From the IMG/VR virus record IMGVR_UViG_3300042401_001747: a stretch of 64,000 nt of DNA, one strand, 5' to 3'. The position numbers and the translations under genes are program-made. This stretch comes from a virus. Positions 9,899-20,639 of the stretch are shown piece by piece (the first letter of the stretch is position 1; each line of letters begins with the position of its first letter). A model generated the notes under the pieces. It was not told the origin of the DNA, did no database searches, and saw only the letters and a list, made by a program, of their open reading frames with translations.

Positions 9899-10278
9899 TC
9901 CTCTGCCCACTTAGATTTAGCTGACTTTGAGTTCGTTCCGTCATACAGGTCTAGGAACTTCTCTACATGAGCAGCGTCTCTAAAGATAATGGCAACGTCG
10001 TTGTAGACGGTCTTTTCTTTATTCTTGCCCATATGGAAGTCTGAGAGCAAACACCCGTCTATGGCTTCCTTGCAGGTCTGGACGCTATATACAGCGATGG
10101 CCCAACGTATATCCCGCTCGCGTTTGATATCGAGGGTGGCGCGATTACGGGCGGTCTTTGTTTTCCAGTACTCAAACACTTCTACCACCAGGTTCATGTT
10201 TACCTTTTTACCCAGCTGGATTTTCGTTTGGTTGTGGGCGCTAGGCCCTCTACCCTTTTTGTCAGTACTCATATTCAT
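9895..10278 (-). CDS. Phage replication initiator/replisome-organiser C-terminal-like protein
   Basis: VFEYW...CKEAIDG...IFRDAAHVEKF; translationally coupled to the loader gene. Confidence 0.55.
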   Translation of the reverse strand: MNMSTDKKGRGPSAHNQTKIQLGKKVNMNLVVEVFEYWKTKTARNRATLDIKRERDIRWAIAVYSVQTCKEAIDGCLLSDFHMGKNKEKTVYNDVAIIFRDAAHVEKFLDLYDGTNSKSAKSKWAEE

Positions 10279-10816
10279 AATCTACTCGCTCTCTTCCGCC
10301 ACCGTCAAATGCATTTTTGAAAATGAACAGTATTTACCTTAAACCGTATTCTTAGCTTGGTGTGAGTTGAAGCTTTCGGCAGTTTCGTGGATGGTATCTA
10401 TTGCGATGTTACCCGTAGTGTCACTTTGGAGGGGGGTGTGGGGGGAACCTTTAGATAAAGTTCTTGCCGCGCGCACACTAAATACCACCCCCTCAGGTGG
10501 TACATGAAAAAATCAAGTAGTTGATTGCTGGCCGGCAATCTATGAATTCATACTTTTACTCTATTGAGTTCCAGAACGGTAAAGCTATCAGGCTCTTCCA
10601 CCACCGTCAACCTCAACCAAGGATTTTCTTCCGCGCAAACCAAAAAACATTTTTACGAAAAAAACATTGCGAAGCTGAAACACAAAAAAGATTTGTGATA
10701 AAGTTACGGGGCTTCCGACGGGCTTACCCCTTTCACCCGGAAAGAAGCAGCCCCTGGGTTGAGACTATTGATTGGTTGGTAGGTGACTTTTCGATAGCTC
10801 CCCGGGGGCACCTTCG

Positions 10817-11191
10817 CTATTCGCCCCACCATGGTTGGCTGCGGTACTTGCTCGCGATGAACTTGCCGAACTCGTCCCTACGTGGGGGAGTGATGTTCTC
10901 TTTATGCTTGGGGATTCTCGAGATAATGTCTTTGGTCTCTTTATCGAGTCTGTCCCTGTGGTAATTCGTAGGATGTTCGCGCCGGCTTTTTAGCTGTTGA
11001 CTATTAATGTATTCCTGAAATTCTGCAGCCAGCTCGTCCTGCAGCATTGTCTCAGTATTTTTTGGATTAATGAATTTGTTGTATTTGTAACGTTTAGTCC
11101 AGATGCCGGCGCGGTGCACCAGGGAGTGGATTGTAAGCAGAACTGTCGCGACGAACGTTATGGAGATGATTGTGGAAATTGCTGTTTTCAT
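10817..11191 (-). CDS. Membrane-anchored hypothetical protein
   Basis: N-terminal TM; tiles with 11188-11388. Confidence 0.55.
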   Translation of the reverse strand: MKTAISTIISITFVATVLLTIHSLVHRAGIWTKRYKYNKFINPKNTETMLQDELAAEFQEYINSQQLKSRREHPTNYHRDRLDKETKDIISRIPKHKENITPPRRDEFGKFIASKYRSQPWWGE

Positions 11192-11542
11192 TTAGGTAGC
11201 CTTTTTGTGTATTTTTTGATTTGCCATTTCCGGAAGTTGTACCCCGTACGCCATAACGAAACTCTTTCGACAACTAAGCCGCGCAAATTATCATAAATAA
11301 TTGCAATTGTTCCGTCGTTGACACGTGGTCTAACCCAGATAAAGAACCAGAGGACCAGGGATAGGTAAAGAAAAAAGAAAAAACTCATTCGCCGGCCTCG
11401 AGCCCGTCGAGGTAAGAATCGCGCATTCCATCCATATATTCCTGATAAAGGTAATTTATTTCCGCCGCATCGAGCAGATGGCTATCGCGCTGATTTTCAA
11501 GAAAAGCGTGATACTCGGCAGCGGCTTCTTCGCGACCCGTCA

Positions 11543-11806
11543 TTACTTCCCAACTTCCAGCAGCTCTTCGTGCTCATTATTTAAACTTTCATACATCCGG
11601 GAAGACGACAGCAGCGCCATCATTAAAGCTGCGCGCGCCTGGATATCGTCCAGTCCTTCCATAACTTCATTTAATTGAAGAATTCTTAATCTAATAGCAT
11701 CTAAAGCGTCAGCTCTATCTTCAGGAGGTCTTGTTTCTCCTGAATCTTCAAAAAAAGCAGTAATTCGTATCTGCTTCATAATTTCTTCTTGTGTTTGGTC
11801 TTCCAT
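11543..11806 (-). CDS. Hypothetical protein
   Basis: GAGG RBS; A-box upstream at 11826-11839. Confidence 0.6.
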   Translation of the reverse strand: MEDQTQEEIMKQIRITAFFEDSGETRPPEDRADALDAIRLRILQLNEVMEGLDDIQARAALMMALLSSSRMYESLNNEHEELLEVGK

Positions 11807-12019
11807 TGTTTAGTACCTCTCTGGAAAGTTATCTACTCCGACCGGCGGAGTTTCTTTTTTTTAGCAATTTTATAACCAGCGCGGTCGAGTTCCTCGATTA
11901 TGTGCTGCGGGATGCCTTCCCATATAGTGATTCCCCTGTGCACTAGTGCACGTGCAATAGCTGCGCGCTTGGGTCCCAGTTGATTAATATCTTGGCTCAT
12001 ACACCACCGTCAATACTTT

Positions 12020-12718
12020 CTAGTTTGTTTCAGTTAAATCTAACAGAAACCAGCCGCGCTCCCACAGCATGCCGATTGCTGAGTAACCTATAATATCTAG
12101 GTACGTGTCGGCGACTGACTCGTTTTGCGCAGCGCCTCCTCTAGATAATTGAAGATTCTTGAGTCGTGCCATCTTGTCATGACACCTAACCAATATCCCT
12201 TGGCGTCCAAACCGAGCAATATTGTGGTGACCGTAGTCCCTTTGCTTCCGAATAAGGGTTTCGGTGATATCTTCGCGCAGCATCCAGCTTCCGAAGAAGC
12301 CCGCGGAAGACGATTTAAAATTGTCAATTTCTGGATGGTTCGCGGCCGGCGACGATTGGTTCAAATTTTCACTTTTTATGCCGCACGCAGCGGCCAACGT
12401 GCCAAGAATTTTCCATTCTTCTACCCAGTACATGGGGTCCGAATCGAACCATTTCGAATTATTCAGCATTCCCTCGAACTGAAGGTCCAGAATATGGAGG
12501 CCCTCGAGGACAAAGTTCAAAAAATCGTCTTTTTCGACATCCGCACGGGAGCTCACTATCTGAGAAATCCCTGATTCTTCATATTCCTGGAAATGTTTCT
12601 CAACGTTATCTACTCTGTCAAAAATCTCACAAACCACAATCTGCGCAGCTTCTTGCCATGACCTTGGTTCGCCTGGTTCCATCTCATCCACCACCGTCAA
12701 CATATTGTTATCTCTCAT
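12020..12718 (-). CDS. Nucleotide-modification-associated domain 1 (DUF1599-like) protein
   Basis: KQRDYG...GILVRCHDKMARL...ESVADTYLDIIGY pattern. Confidence 0.7.
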   Translation of the reverse strand: MRDNNMLTVVDEMEPGEPRSWQEAAQIVVCEIFDRVDNVEKHFQEYEESGISQIVSSRADVEKDDFLNFVLEGLHILDLQFEGMLNNSKWFDSDPMYWVEEWKILGTLAAACGIKSENLNQSSPAANHPEIDNFKSSSAGFFGSWMLREDITETLIRKQRDYGHHNIARFGRQGILVRCHDKMARLKNLQLSRGGAAQNESVADTYLDIIGYSAIGMLWERGWFLLDLTETN

Positions 12719-13173
12719 TCCCCCGCTAGCAATTCGTCCCAGCTCTCGGGCGGGTTCGTTTTGATTTCCAGTCTAACCAACTCAGCCAGATTCTCCAATT
12801 CCTCAATCCACCTGGCATCGGAAACTCCGCTGAGCCCCGGCTTTTCCTCTTCAGATTCGACCCGGGCTAGACACTCGGCGATGTAGTCACGGGAGAAAGC
12901 TGCGGTTATTGACTTTTCGTTGGAGCCGCGCATGAGTACTGGACCGCGATTTCCATCCAAGGCCTCGGCTGGGACGTGAATACCCGTCACAACATACTCA
13001 TTATTATCGGTAAAGATAAAAACGACATTATTGCTGTCATCGTTGCTGCTTACCTGGTTAGCCACTTCTTCTGCAATTTCTTGCGAAATATCGGATTTCA
13101 TCAGCATCTGGACCATATCGTCCTTTTTTGGCTTTTTGTTCTTGCCCGCCGCGGGCTCCCAGTATTGTTCCAT
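12715..13173 (-). CDS. Hypothetical protein
   Basis: 152-aa ORF with ATGA coupling to the next gene. Confidence 0.65.
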   Translation of the reverse strand: MEQYWEPAAGKNKKPKKDDMVQMLMKSDISQEIAEEVANQVSSNDDSNNVVFIFTDNNEYVVTGIHVPAEALDGNRGPVLMRGSNEKSITAAFSRDYIAECLARVESEEEKPGLSGVSDARWIEELENLAELVRLEIKTNPPESWDELLAGE

Positions 13174-13794
13174 TTTTTCTCTTTTCCGTTAAGCGACGTA
13201 TCGATGGCCGCGTGTGCGATTTTTTCGTTTTTTTGACATATATCCAGTGGCACGTCGTGTATAAATTTATCTAAATACAACCAGGCGTCTACTCGATAAG
13301 AATTCCTTTAAAAACCATATAACCAGGCAGCGCTGATTCCCCGTCAGTTCGGACAATTCCAGAAACCCAAAAAGGTTTTGGATGTGGCTCGAGAGGGTCT
13401 TCTTCAATAACTGTTCTTACTGCAGCAATTGCGAGACCGCTGGCTTCCTCAGGTGTAGCAGCATGTACATCTACCCCAACCATTACTTGGACCCGATAGT
13501 TATTCATGTTCATACTCGCACTTCTGTCCATCACAGCTGCCGAATTGTCGGCAAAACATTGAATAATTGATGCAGTCTGGGTCACGTGAGTCTTCAGCTT
13601 CTGATTGGCTGTTGCGCTCTTTACGTTTTCCACGAGACTTGCCTAGCTTGTAAGCAACTAAATTAGTGACTAATCCCATGGCGCAACCTTATCCGCCACC
13701 GTTGCTTTTGTCAACCTATATATTAATCATTCCCGTAAATGAAAAATGTAATTCTTTCTGCATGCGAACATACGTTCGTACTAGTGTGTCATCT

Positions 13795-14172
13795 ATGGAC
13801 AACGGTACAAAATTCAGTATTTATAAGGCAGCTCTTGAGCTGTACATTTCCGAAAATGGAGATTCTAAAATTTCATCAAGTTATGTTGATAAAAATCAAG
13901 AAAAAGAAATCTCACTGGGAGCTTGGGTTGGTTACATCCGGCAGAGATATCGTAAAAATCAACTTTCTGCATCACGTGTTTCAGTTCTGGAGCAAATTCC
14001 GGGTTGGTCATGGGGTCCTTTTCAACCAGGACCTCCAACCGATACTGAAAGAAATGAATCAATTCGTCAAATGAGAATTGAGGGATTATCCCTTAGGCAG
14101 ATTGCTGATGAATTTGATTTGAGCCGCCAGAGGGTTCATCAGATAGTTAAAAAAATGGAATTATTTAATTAG
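13795..14172 (+). CDS. Helicase-associated (HA) domain fused to a sigma-4-like HTH; candidate regulator
   Basis: LGAWVGYIRQRYRKNQLSASRVSVLEQIPGWSW (HA) plus GLSLRQIADEFDLSRQRVHQIV (HTH). Confidence 0.75.
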   Translation: MDNGTKFSIYKAALELYISENGDSKISSSYVDKNQEKEISLGAWVGYIRQRYRKNQLSASRVSVLEQIPGWSWGPFQPGPPTDTERNESIRQMRIEGLSLRQIADEFDLSRQRVHQIVKKMELFN

Positions 14173-14217
14173 CCACGGGCTCTTCCACCACCGTGAACAG
14201 GATTTAGGTATAAGAAA

Positions 14218-14541
14218 ATGAATGACGGATTTGATAAAGACGGAAAATATTCTTTTAAAGCTAAGAACAGTTTTCCGAGAGTTATGAGAGATACGCCAAC
14301 AGCCCCGAGGGCTGCCGCTTCTGGCGGGGCTCATGCCAAGAAAGAAGGAAACGTGTTTGCTGGATTCATTCTGCTTGTTATCACACATGCTGCCTTGCTG
14401 TTCTTTGCTCTCGCTATCGCACACTCGGCAGGATTGACCAGCGTGAGCGTGGGCGTGTGGGATTCCTTTGGCTTGGCAGTGCTGTATGTGGTGTGGCGTT
14501 CTTTTGACTCCAACATCTTTGGTGGCAATCGCAAGAAGTGA
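14218..14541 (+). CDS. Two-TM membrane protein
   Basis: Two hydrophobic segments; A-box just downstream. Confidence 0.6.
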   Translation: MNDGFDKDGKYSFKAKNSFPRVMRDTPTAPRAAASGGAHAKKEGNVFAGFILLVITHAALLFFALAIAHSAGLTSVSVGVWDSFGLAVLYVVWRSFDSNIFGGNRKK

Positions 14542-15051
14542 CTGGCGTGGAAAGAGTTATCTACTCTTAGTAGTGCCATGCAGATAGCGAACGATACGAG
14601 CGTGTAAGGCTCTGTAAGCAACGCAAGAATGAGTAGCAGTATTTCCATGACTACTTTCTATCAGCGAGTTCAGAGAGAACGGACATGATGTTGTTTCCTT
14701 CATTGCATGTCAGGTTCTCGTAGTCCTCGTACGCTTTCTGTGGTGTGTATGTGTTTGCCACTATCTCGTCTCGTATCGCAGAGTAATACTTCATTGCGTT
14801 TGTGATACTTGTGAACAAGTCATCTAGTAGTTGTGATTCAGTTGGCTCGGTCATAATAAAAATCCATTTTTTGTAGTAGTGAATGTTGTTTGGTTTCCCC
14901 CTGCCACCACCCCTCACGCAGAATCAAAGGAGTATGAAACTTCCACGCTCGGGGCAGTGGTGGTACATAGAGTAGATAACTCCATGCACCAGTTTCCTTT
15001 CAGAGGTGGTGGTGTCCTGTCGGAGCCACCACCCCTGTCGGGAAAACTTAT

Positions 15052-16584
15052 CTACTCCCCTTTCTCGGGGAGAGGTACGCCCATGTGCTTGTAGTAGGTC
15101 TGTTGGAACATGTAAGGATACACGCTGTGAGCCTTGCCATTCACTTTCAGGTTGCGTAACTGTTGTATCGCTTCCTCAATGTGTGGAACAACAATGAAGT
15201 TGTGTTGGCGAGCGTAGGTAATGCACTGCATTGAGAGCAGGTCAGAGAATCCGTCATGCGCTCCACAGACACCACCATCTGTCACCCATACAAGAGGTGT
15301 GTTCTTGTATTGGCGATTCTTTACGCCCCACTCAATCGCAGGAAAGTCCACGCCGTTACCGTGTCCGTAGTCAATGTATTCCACATTCTCAACCATTTTG
15401 CCTTTGTCAGCAACGACCCACATGTTTGGCAAGTCTTTCCTTCCTCGGTCTGAATAGATAGCCACTGTTGCGCCTTGTGCGTTCTCAATGATTTCTGCAA
15501 TCTGTTCAGTAGTGAACGACATAGAGCCACTTGCGTCAATGATTACCATTCCACCACTGCCACGAATGGTCTTGTCAAAGACACGCTTCGCAGGGTCAGT
15601 CATGTAACGGTGCAATCGGCGTGGTCTGCGCCCCATGTTCGTAGCAATGCGCTTCTTGCCCATTGAGCCGTAGTGGTGGCGTGGCATTGGCTCACGACTA
15701 ACAATCAGTTCAGCCCAACCGTGTGCGCCACCAGCAGGAGCAGGGGAGACTTTGGCGTGTGGGTTTCCGTCTCTGTCACCGTCTTTGGATTCCTCGTACT
15801 CGGCGTGATGTTCTTCGTCACCTTCGCCTTTGGACTTATCTACTCCCTTTGCTTCGCCTGCCTTACCCTTTGGTGGTGGTGGGAACGAGGCAAGCCTGTC
15901 CACCCATTCTGCAAGACGCTCGGTGTGAGTGAATCCGTATGGAGCAATCCCTTCATAAGTGTCGGTGCTTGCGAGTGTGCGTTCTTTGTGCGCTTTACGC
16001 ATTTCTTTCACTGCTCGCTTGCCGATAGCAACAAGTGATTCACCCCACTCACGATTATGCCTGCGTATTCCGTTCAGGAATGTCTTGTGACCAGCAGTGT
16101 TCGCAGTAGCGATACACATAGCAACTGCGCCTGCCCAATCGTTTGACTTCGCAAGGTGTTCGCCTGTTGCCAGTTCGCTTCCGTCAGACAGAAACTTCTT
16201 GACATCAAATCCACGAGTTTCGCATAAGTAGTTCACTCGTAGTTCCTCTACAACAATCATCGCTGTCTCGGAAGCAACACTGCGCTCTACCCATTGGGTC
16301 ATCTGTTCAGGTGTGGGGGATACTTTTGCATGCATCATTTCATGCCCACGAACAACACGCTCCATGTCACCGTCCGTAGAAGGTGCGAACATGACACGGT
16401 TGGCTAGGTCTGTGCTTGGCTCTCCACGAACAGGCAGACAATCTCGGACTGTCCAGCGTTCATGTTCCATGTCTTTACGAGAGAGCATGTTGGGTTCAGG
16501 ACGGTGCGCCCCCCTTTCAGAGTTATCTACTCTACTGGGGAACGCCTTGCCTGTACCTGTATTGGTGGCAGGGGTGTAAGCCAT
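15052..16584 (-). CDS. VWA-domain protein with N-terminal HExxH motif (MoxR partner, CobT-like)
   Basis: HEMMH; MIDAS motif IIDASGSM; VTDG; adjacent to the AAA ATPase; stop TAG lies inside an A-box. Confidence 0.8.
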   Translation of the reverse strand: MAYTPATNTGTGKAFPSRVDNSERGAHRPEPNMLSRKDMEHERWTVRDCLPVRGEPSTDLANRVMFAPSTDGDMERVVRGHEMMHAKVSPTPEQMTQWVERSVASETAMIVVEELRVNYLCETRGFDVKKFLSDGSELATGEHLAKSNDWAGAVAMCIATANTAGHKTFLNGIRRHNREWGESLVAIGKRAVKEMRKAHKERTLASTDTYEGIAPYGFTHTERLAEWVDRLASFPPPPKGKAGEAKGVDKSKGEGDEEHHAEYEESKDGDRDGNPHAKVSPAPAGGAHGWAELIVSREPMPRHHYGSMGKKRIATNMGRRPRRLHRYMTDPAKRVFDKTIRGSGGMVIIDASGSMSFTTEQIAEIIENAQGATVAIYSDRGRKDLPNMWVVADKGKMVENVEYIDYGHGNGVDFPAIEWGVKNRQYKNTPLVWVTDGGVCGAHDGFSDLLSMQCITYARQHNFIVVPHIEEAIQQLRNLKVNGKAHSVYPYMFQQTYYKHMGVPLPEKGE

Positions 16585-16586
16585 TG

Positions 16587-17318
16587 CTATTTCACTCCGT
16601 CCACTGCAAGAGCGTCAAGAATCTGCTTGGCACGAGTACCGAAAGTGAGTTGGCATGCTCGTTCCATACCGACTGCCTTACGCAGTTTGTCAAGTGCCAT
16701 GAAGGCTCGCAATGAGATACGAGCCTCACCACCGTCAGCCATACGAACGGCGTAACCACGCAAGTCAGGAGACAAGCGTAGAAGTGCGTTGGGGTGTGGC
16801 TCGTTGATACGAACACGAATCGGGAAACGGTCAGCGAGTGCTGTTGGCAGTTCGCTCATGTTCTCAATGTTCGTGGTCATCACGGCAGAAAAGCCTTCTA
16901 ATGGGCGTACCAGTTCACCACTTTCAGGGTGTTGGAATGTGGCAGATTCAGGTGAATCCAACATGGCGAGAAGTGTTGCGAAAACATCGCCACCAGCCTT
17001 ATCTACTTCGTCCACGATGAGACGACCACCTTTTGTGCCGTTGCCTTTCCATGCTTTGAGAGCAGAGCCGTCAAGCCATTGGAAGCCACCGTTACTGCTT
17101 GGCATGAAGCCACCAGTTACGTCCATGTTTGTCATGTCCTCGGTGCAGACTAGGCGATGTGCGCCAGCCTCAATGTCTCCGAACGAAAGACCAGCGTAGG
17201 TCTTGCCTGTTCCAGCAGGTCCGAACAGAATGATTCTGTCTATTCCTGAGTCAAGTGCGTCCTTGACATCTTTCCAGCACTGTGGCAGTGCCTCTTGGGT
17301 GGTTGTTACTGTATCCAT
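16587..17318 (-). CDS. MoxR/CbbQ/CobS-type AAA+ ATPase
   Basis: Walker A GPAGTGKT, Walker B IVDEVD, TTN sensor, ALADRF arginine finger. Confidence 0.88.
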   Translation of the reverse strand: MDTVTTTQEALPQCWKDVKDALDSGIDRIILFGPAGTGKTYAGLSFGDIEAGAHRLVCTEDMTNMDVTGGFMPSSNGGFQWLDGSALKAWKGNGTKGGRLIVDEVDKAGGDVFATLLAMLDSPESATFQHPESGELVRPLEGFSAVMTTNIENMSELPTALADRFPIRVRINEPHPNALLRLSPDLRGYAVRMADGGEARISLRAFMALDKLRKAVGMERACQLTFGTRAKQILDALAVDGVK

Positions 17319-17640
17319 TGTATTGCTCCTTTGTAAGCGTTGTTGGTTGGACAAACACACCATACCACCTTCGGTACAGACTTTGATAATCGCTTGACAA
17401 AGTTATCTACTCTGTATGGAGAGAAGTTATCTACTCTGTTTGCGCCCCTTCCACCACCGTCAATGTGTTGCGTAGTTCTGCGTCTCGCTCGCTCGCTCGG
17501 TGCGCTTGCGTTGCGCAGATTTATCTCTCACCCCCCCCGTTCACTGCGCCCTGTGCCTGCCCCCCCTGTGGGCGAACAGCCCCGGGGGGAACCAAGCGCA
17601 GCGGGGCTATTGTCTAAAAAAGAAAAAGTTATCTACTCTC

Positions 17641-18129
17641 TTACTTCTTCCTCTGAACATCAGAGACTTGCCATAAACCTTTTTTGATTTTTGTGAACAT
17701 GTGAGATTCACTGACGTATTTCAGTGTCGTCTGATACGAGAATCCAGCAACCTCAACAAGTTGGTCGGTGGAAAACTGTTCGCCAGTGTGTTCGGTAGTC
17801 CATTTGTCAAACGCTCCCCATTTGTCTTTGCGTTTCTCGGGTCTACTCTCTTCGGTTTGGTCACTGCTAACAACAGTAGATAAATAGGTTTTTATGAACG
17901 ATGACATCACATCTGTACCTAGTGAATAATGTTTCAGCATTGCTACTGGATTTCCGTTGCGTCCTTCTCTGTGCCACTTCTCCATTATGTAAAGACCACG
18001 AACAGTCTCGCTCATTCGGTACTGCTCTGCACTCTGTTTCATTCGTGCTTTGTCTGTTTTGTATTTCTTGTAGAACGAATCATGCATACGCTTGTTCTCT
18101 TCATTTACAAACTCAATCGTGAAGTTCAT
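17641..18129 (-). CDS. Hypothetical protein
   Basis: AAGGA RBS; ends 1 bp from an A-box. Confidence 0.65.
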   Translation of the reverse strand: MNFTIEFVNEENKRMHDSFYKKYKTDKARMKQSAEQYRMSETVRGLYIMEKWHREGRNGNPVAMLKHYSLGTDVMSSFIKTYLSTVVSSDQTEESRPEKRKDKWGAFDKWTTEHTGEQFSTDQLVEVAGFSYQTTLKYVSESHMFTKIKKGLWQVSDVQRKK

Positions 18130-18243
18130 TTTTATTCCTTTTTATTTGACCCCTAATGGAGTAGACAAGCCTGAAAGGGGGAAACTTATCTACTCCAAAC
18201 TTAGTGGGTGATTTTGTTGTTTATTAGAGAGTATCGCTCATTC

Positions 18244-18438
18244 TCATAATAGAGAGAAAGCGTCTCCCTCTTCTTGTATCAAGCCGAGACTACTGCCGTT
18301 ATCCCACAAGACATGAACAGTGCCGTAATCGTCCACATCTGTTACCACCCCTTCATCTCCTCGTTGTAGTTTCGTATAAGGGTCAGTGCATGCGTCAAGC
18401 CTGACACGCTTGCCGATTAGGTCTGTCTTTGTTCTCAT
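18244..18438 (-). CDS. DUF4314-like SH3-fold small protein
   Basis: RVRL...DPY...GDEGVVTDVDDYGTVHVLWDNGSSLGL pattern. Confidence 0.75.
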   Translation of the reverse strand: MRTKTDLIGKRVRLDACTDPYTKLQRGDEGVVTDVDDYGTVHVLWDNGSSLGLIQEEGDAFSLL

Positions 18439-18582
18439 GCTGGCACTTCCGTTTCTTTGTTCAGAAGTAGGCGAATGTCTAAGAGCATGTCCATCATTTC
18501 ATGTGACGATACATTGTCTCTGCCTGAACAGTTGGCTATTGCCTTGTCCACTAGGGCGATGATTTCCTCATTCATAAGTTAT

Positions 18583-19284
18583 CTACTCTCCTTTCTTTCT
18601 CTTGGGTGCTTTTTTGAGTATGTCTGTGTATTTGAGGGTCTGTGTTGCGATGTTCATGTATTGAGCAGTAGCAACCATTACATCAACTAAGCGTCCGTAC
18701 TCGTCATTGTCGTCATACGGATAGGAAGTAAAGAACGGCTCGTCAAATGTCGGTACACCAGTGTCGTTGTAGCGATACATGTTGGCAACGCCCCATACGC
18801 CAGTCATGCCCCAATCAACGGCACTCATCATCAGTCCTTCACGGACATCGGTGAATGGATTTTCTTTGTATTCCTTCTCCAAGTCACCCTTGTTCATTTT
18901 CTTGACTTCTGATTGGTCTGTCTCTTCTGACAGGTCTTTGCCGTAGCCCTCAACGACTACTGCTATGAACTCAAACTTGCGAATAGGAAGCGAGCGAACA
19001 ACATCATCGTAAGCGTCATACATGTCCTCTTTGTGAATCAACGGAACCATTGCCACTTGATAGGGCTTAGATAGCGATAGTTCTTGTTGGTTGATGAGGC
19101 AGGCTTCGTGTTCCTCTTCGTTTTCCTCAACGCTCTCAAAAGCGACTAAGAATAATGGTGGGTTGTCTGACATCGGCTCCTCTTTGCACATTTCTGTTTT
19201 CGCATAGACGCTTCTATGAAGCAGGTCGGTCAGTATCTTGGTGATGTCATCATCAAGGTCTTTGTTGATTTTTTGTGATTTCAC
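18583..19284 (-). CDS. Hypothetical acidic protein
   Basis: Cassette promoter at 19320-19348 and GAAAGGGG RBS; stop inside an A-box. Confidence 0.7.
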   Translation of the reverse strand: MKSQKINKDLDDDITKILTDLLHRSVYAKTEMCKEEPMSDNPPLFLVAFESVEENEEEHEACLINQQELSLSKPYQVAMVPLIHKEDMYDAYDDVVRSLPIRKFEFIAVVVEGYGKDLSEETDQSEVKKMNKGDLEKEYKENPFTDVREGLMMSAVDWGMTGVWGVANMYRYNDTGVPTFDEPFFTSYPYDDNDEYGRLVDVMVATAQYMNIATQTLKYTDILKKAPKRKKGE

Positions 19285-19403
19285 TGTATGCCCCTTTCAG
19301 GCTTGTGGTGTTACTGGAAACCATACCATGCTCGGTACAGACTTCCAAATGTTATCTACTCTGACAGGCAAGGGTCGGTACAAGCCCTTACATGCCAGCA
19401 TTG

Positions 19404-19631
19404 TTATTTATTTCCTATGAGATTGTTCATGGACACGCCAAGTGCGTCACCTACAAGAAGTAGGGTCTCAACGCTTGGTGCGTAGCGTCCGTTCTCAACA
19501 CGATTTACAGTTTTCCTATCCACGCCTGCACGATTAGCGAGTTCTAACTGTGACCAGCCCTTCTTGGTTCTGTGTGTTCGTACTGATTCTGAAATGTTTT
19601 CCATAGATTGTGTGTTTTTTGTAGTTCCCAT
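19404..19631 (-). CDS. XRE/Cro-C1 helix-turn-helix protein
   Basis: WSQLELANRAGVDRKTVNRVENGRYAPSVETL. Confidence 0.88.
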   Translation of the reverse strand: MGTTKNTQSMENISESVRTHRTKKGWSQLELANRAGVDRKTVNRVENGRYAPSVETLLLVGDALGVSMNNLIGNK

Positions 19632-19670
19632 TCGGGTTCTCTTTTCTTTTGTGTAGTTATCTACTCTTAT

Positions 19671-20393
19671 TTAGACTGATGAAATAAATGATTTAGGTAT
19701 CGTTCCTTTCTTTTCGCACCGTTTCATGTATGCGAGATGTTTTGGGTATTCGGTCATGACAATCATAAGTTCGTCATCACAGAGTTCTACTAAATGATGT
19801 TCCCATTCGCTAAACGATTCGTACCAATCTTCTTCGTCCTCGGACAAGTTGGGGTTTTCAGGGTCGTTCGCTTTTTTGCATTTTTCATCAAGTTCAGGGG
19901 TGAGCCTCTGGGGGTCACGCCCACCTTCCTCAATAACTTCTCCATTATGGAAAGCAGACCACGCCACAAAGGCACTGGACTCCTCTGTGGAAACAACTCC
20001 AAAGACAAGGCTCGGATACATGGCAGAAATCTTGGCAATAAGTGCGTCACATGGACTCCACGCAGACTCGTAACGCATAGAAAGCGTTTTTCCGTCAAGA
20101 GCAGGGTCATCTACATCTACGCTACATGCGCCCCATTTGCTACCCCATGTCTCAATAGCGTCTAAGTACCCATCAAATCCGTCACTCTCACTACTGAAAG
20201 CAGTAAAGACAGTTTCTACTCCGTCAGCGTTGGTCGTCTTGATTTCTTTTGACCCTCTTGGGTCAAGTGGTACGAGTTGATTCAGGTCGTACTCTTTATG
20301 TTCTGTGTTTTTTACTTCTATGTCTTTGATGAACTTGGCAAGGTTTCTTTTTGTTCCCTTGACGGTCATGTAGTTGTAACACCAGTTAGGCAT
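19671..20393 (-). CDS. DUF1281/YubB-like ferredoxin-fold protein
   Basis: MPNWCYN...WGSKW...YESAWSP pattern. Confidence 0.7.
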   Translation of the reverse strand: MPNWCYNYMTVKGTKRNLAKFIKDIEVKNTEHKEYDLNQLVPLDPRGSKEIKTTNADGVETVFTAFSSESDGFDGYLDAIETWGSKWGACSVDVDDPALDGKTLSMRYESAWSPCDALIAKISAMYPSLVFGVVSTEESSAFVAWSAFHNGEVIEEGGRDPQRLTPELDEKCKKANDPENPNLSEDEEDWYESFSEWEHHLVELCDDELMIVMTEYPKHLAYMKRCEKKGTIPKSFISSV

Positions 20394-20639
20394 CTGTTCC
20401 TCTTTCAGTAGGTTTGTTTCCACAGCGTACCACCTGTGGAACAGACTTCACTCAGCCCTCTTCCACCACCGTGAATAGGTTGGACAAAGTTATCTACTCT
20501 CTTTCCGTCTCGGCTTGGCTCGCCCTCGTCCCTCGGATTTATCTCTCACCCCCCCGTTCATCTCGCTCTGCTGTTTTCAGCAAGAGCCCCGGGGGGAAGC
20601 AAGCATGGCGGGGCTGTTCTCGAAAAACAAGAAAGTTAT

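Noticed and set aside
10300-10810. Replication origin upstream of the initiator-like gene
   Set aside because: The region is non-coding with a G-rich patch and promoter-like motifs, but I found no iteron array, so it is not called.
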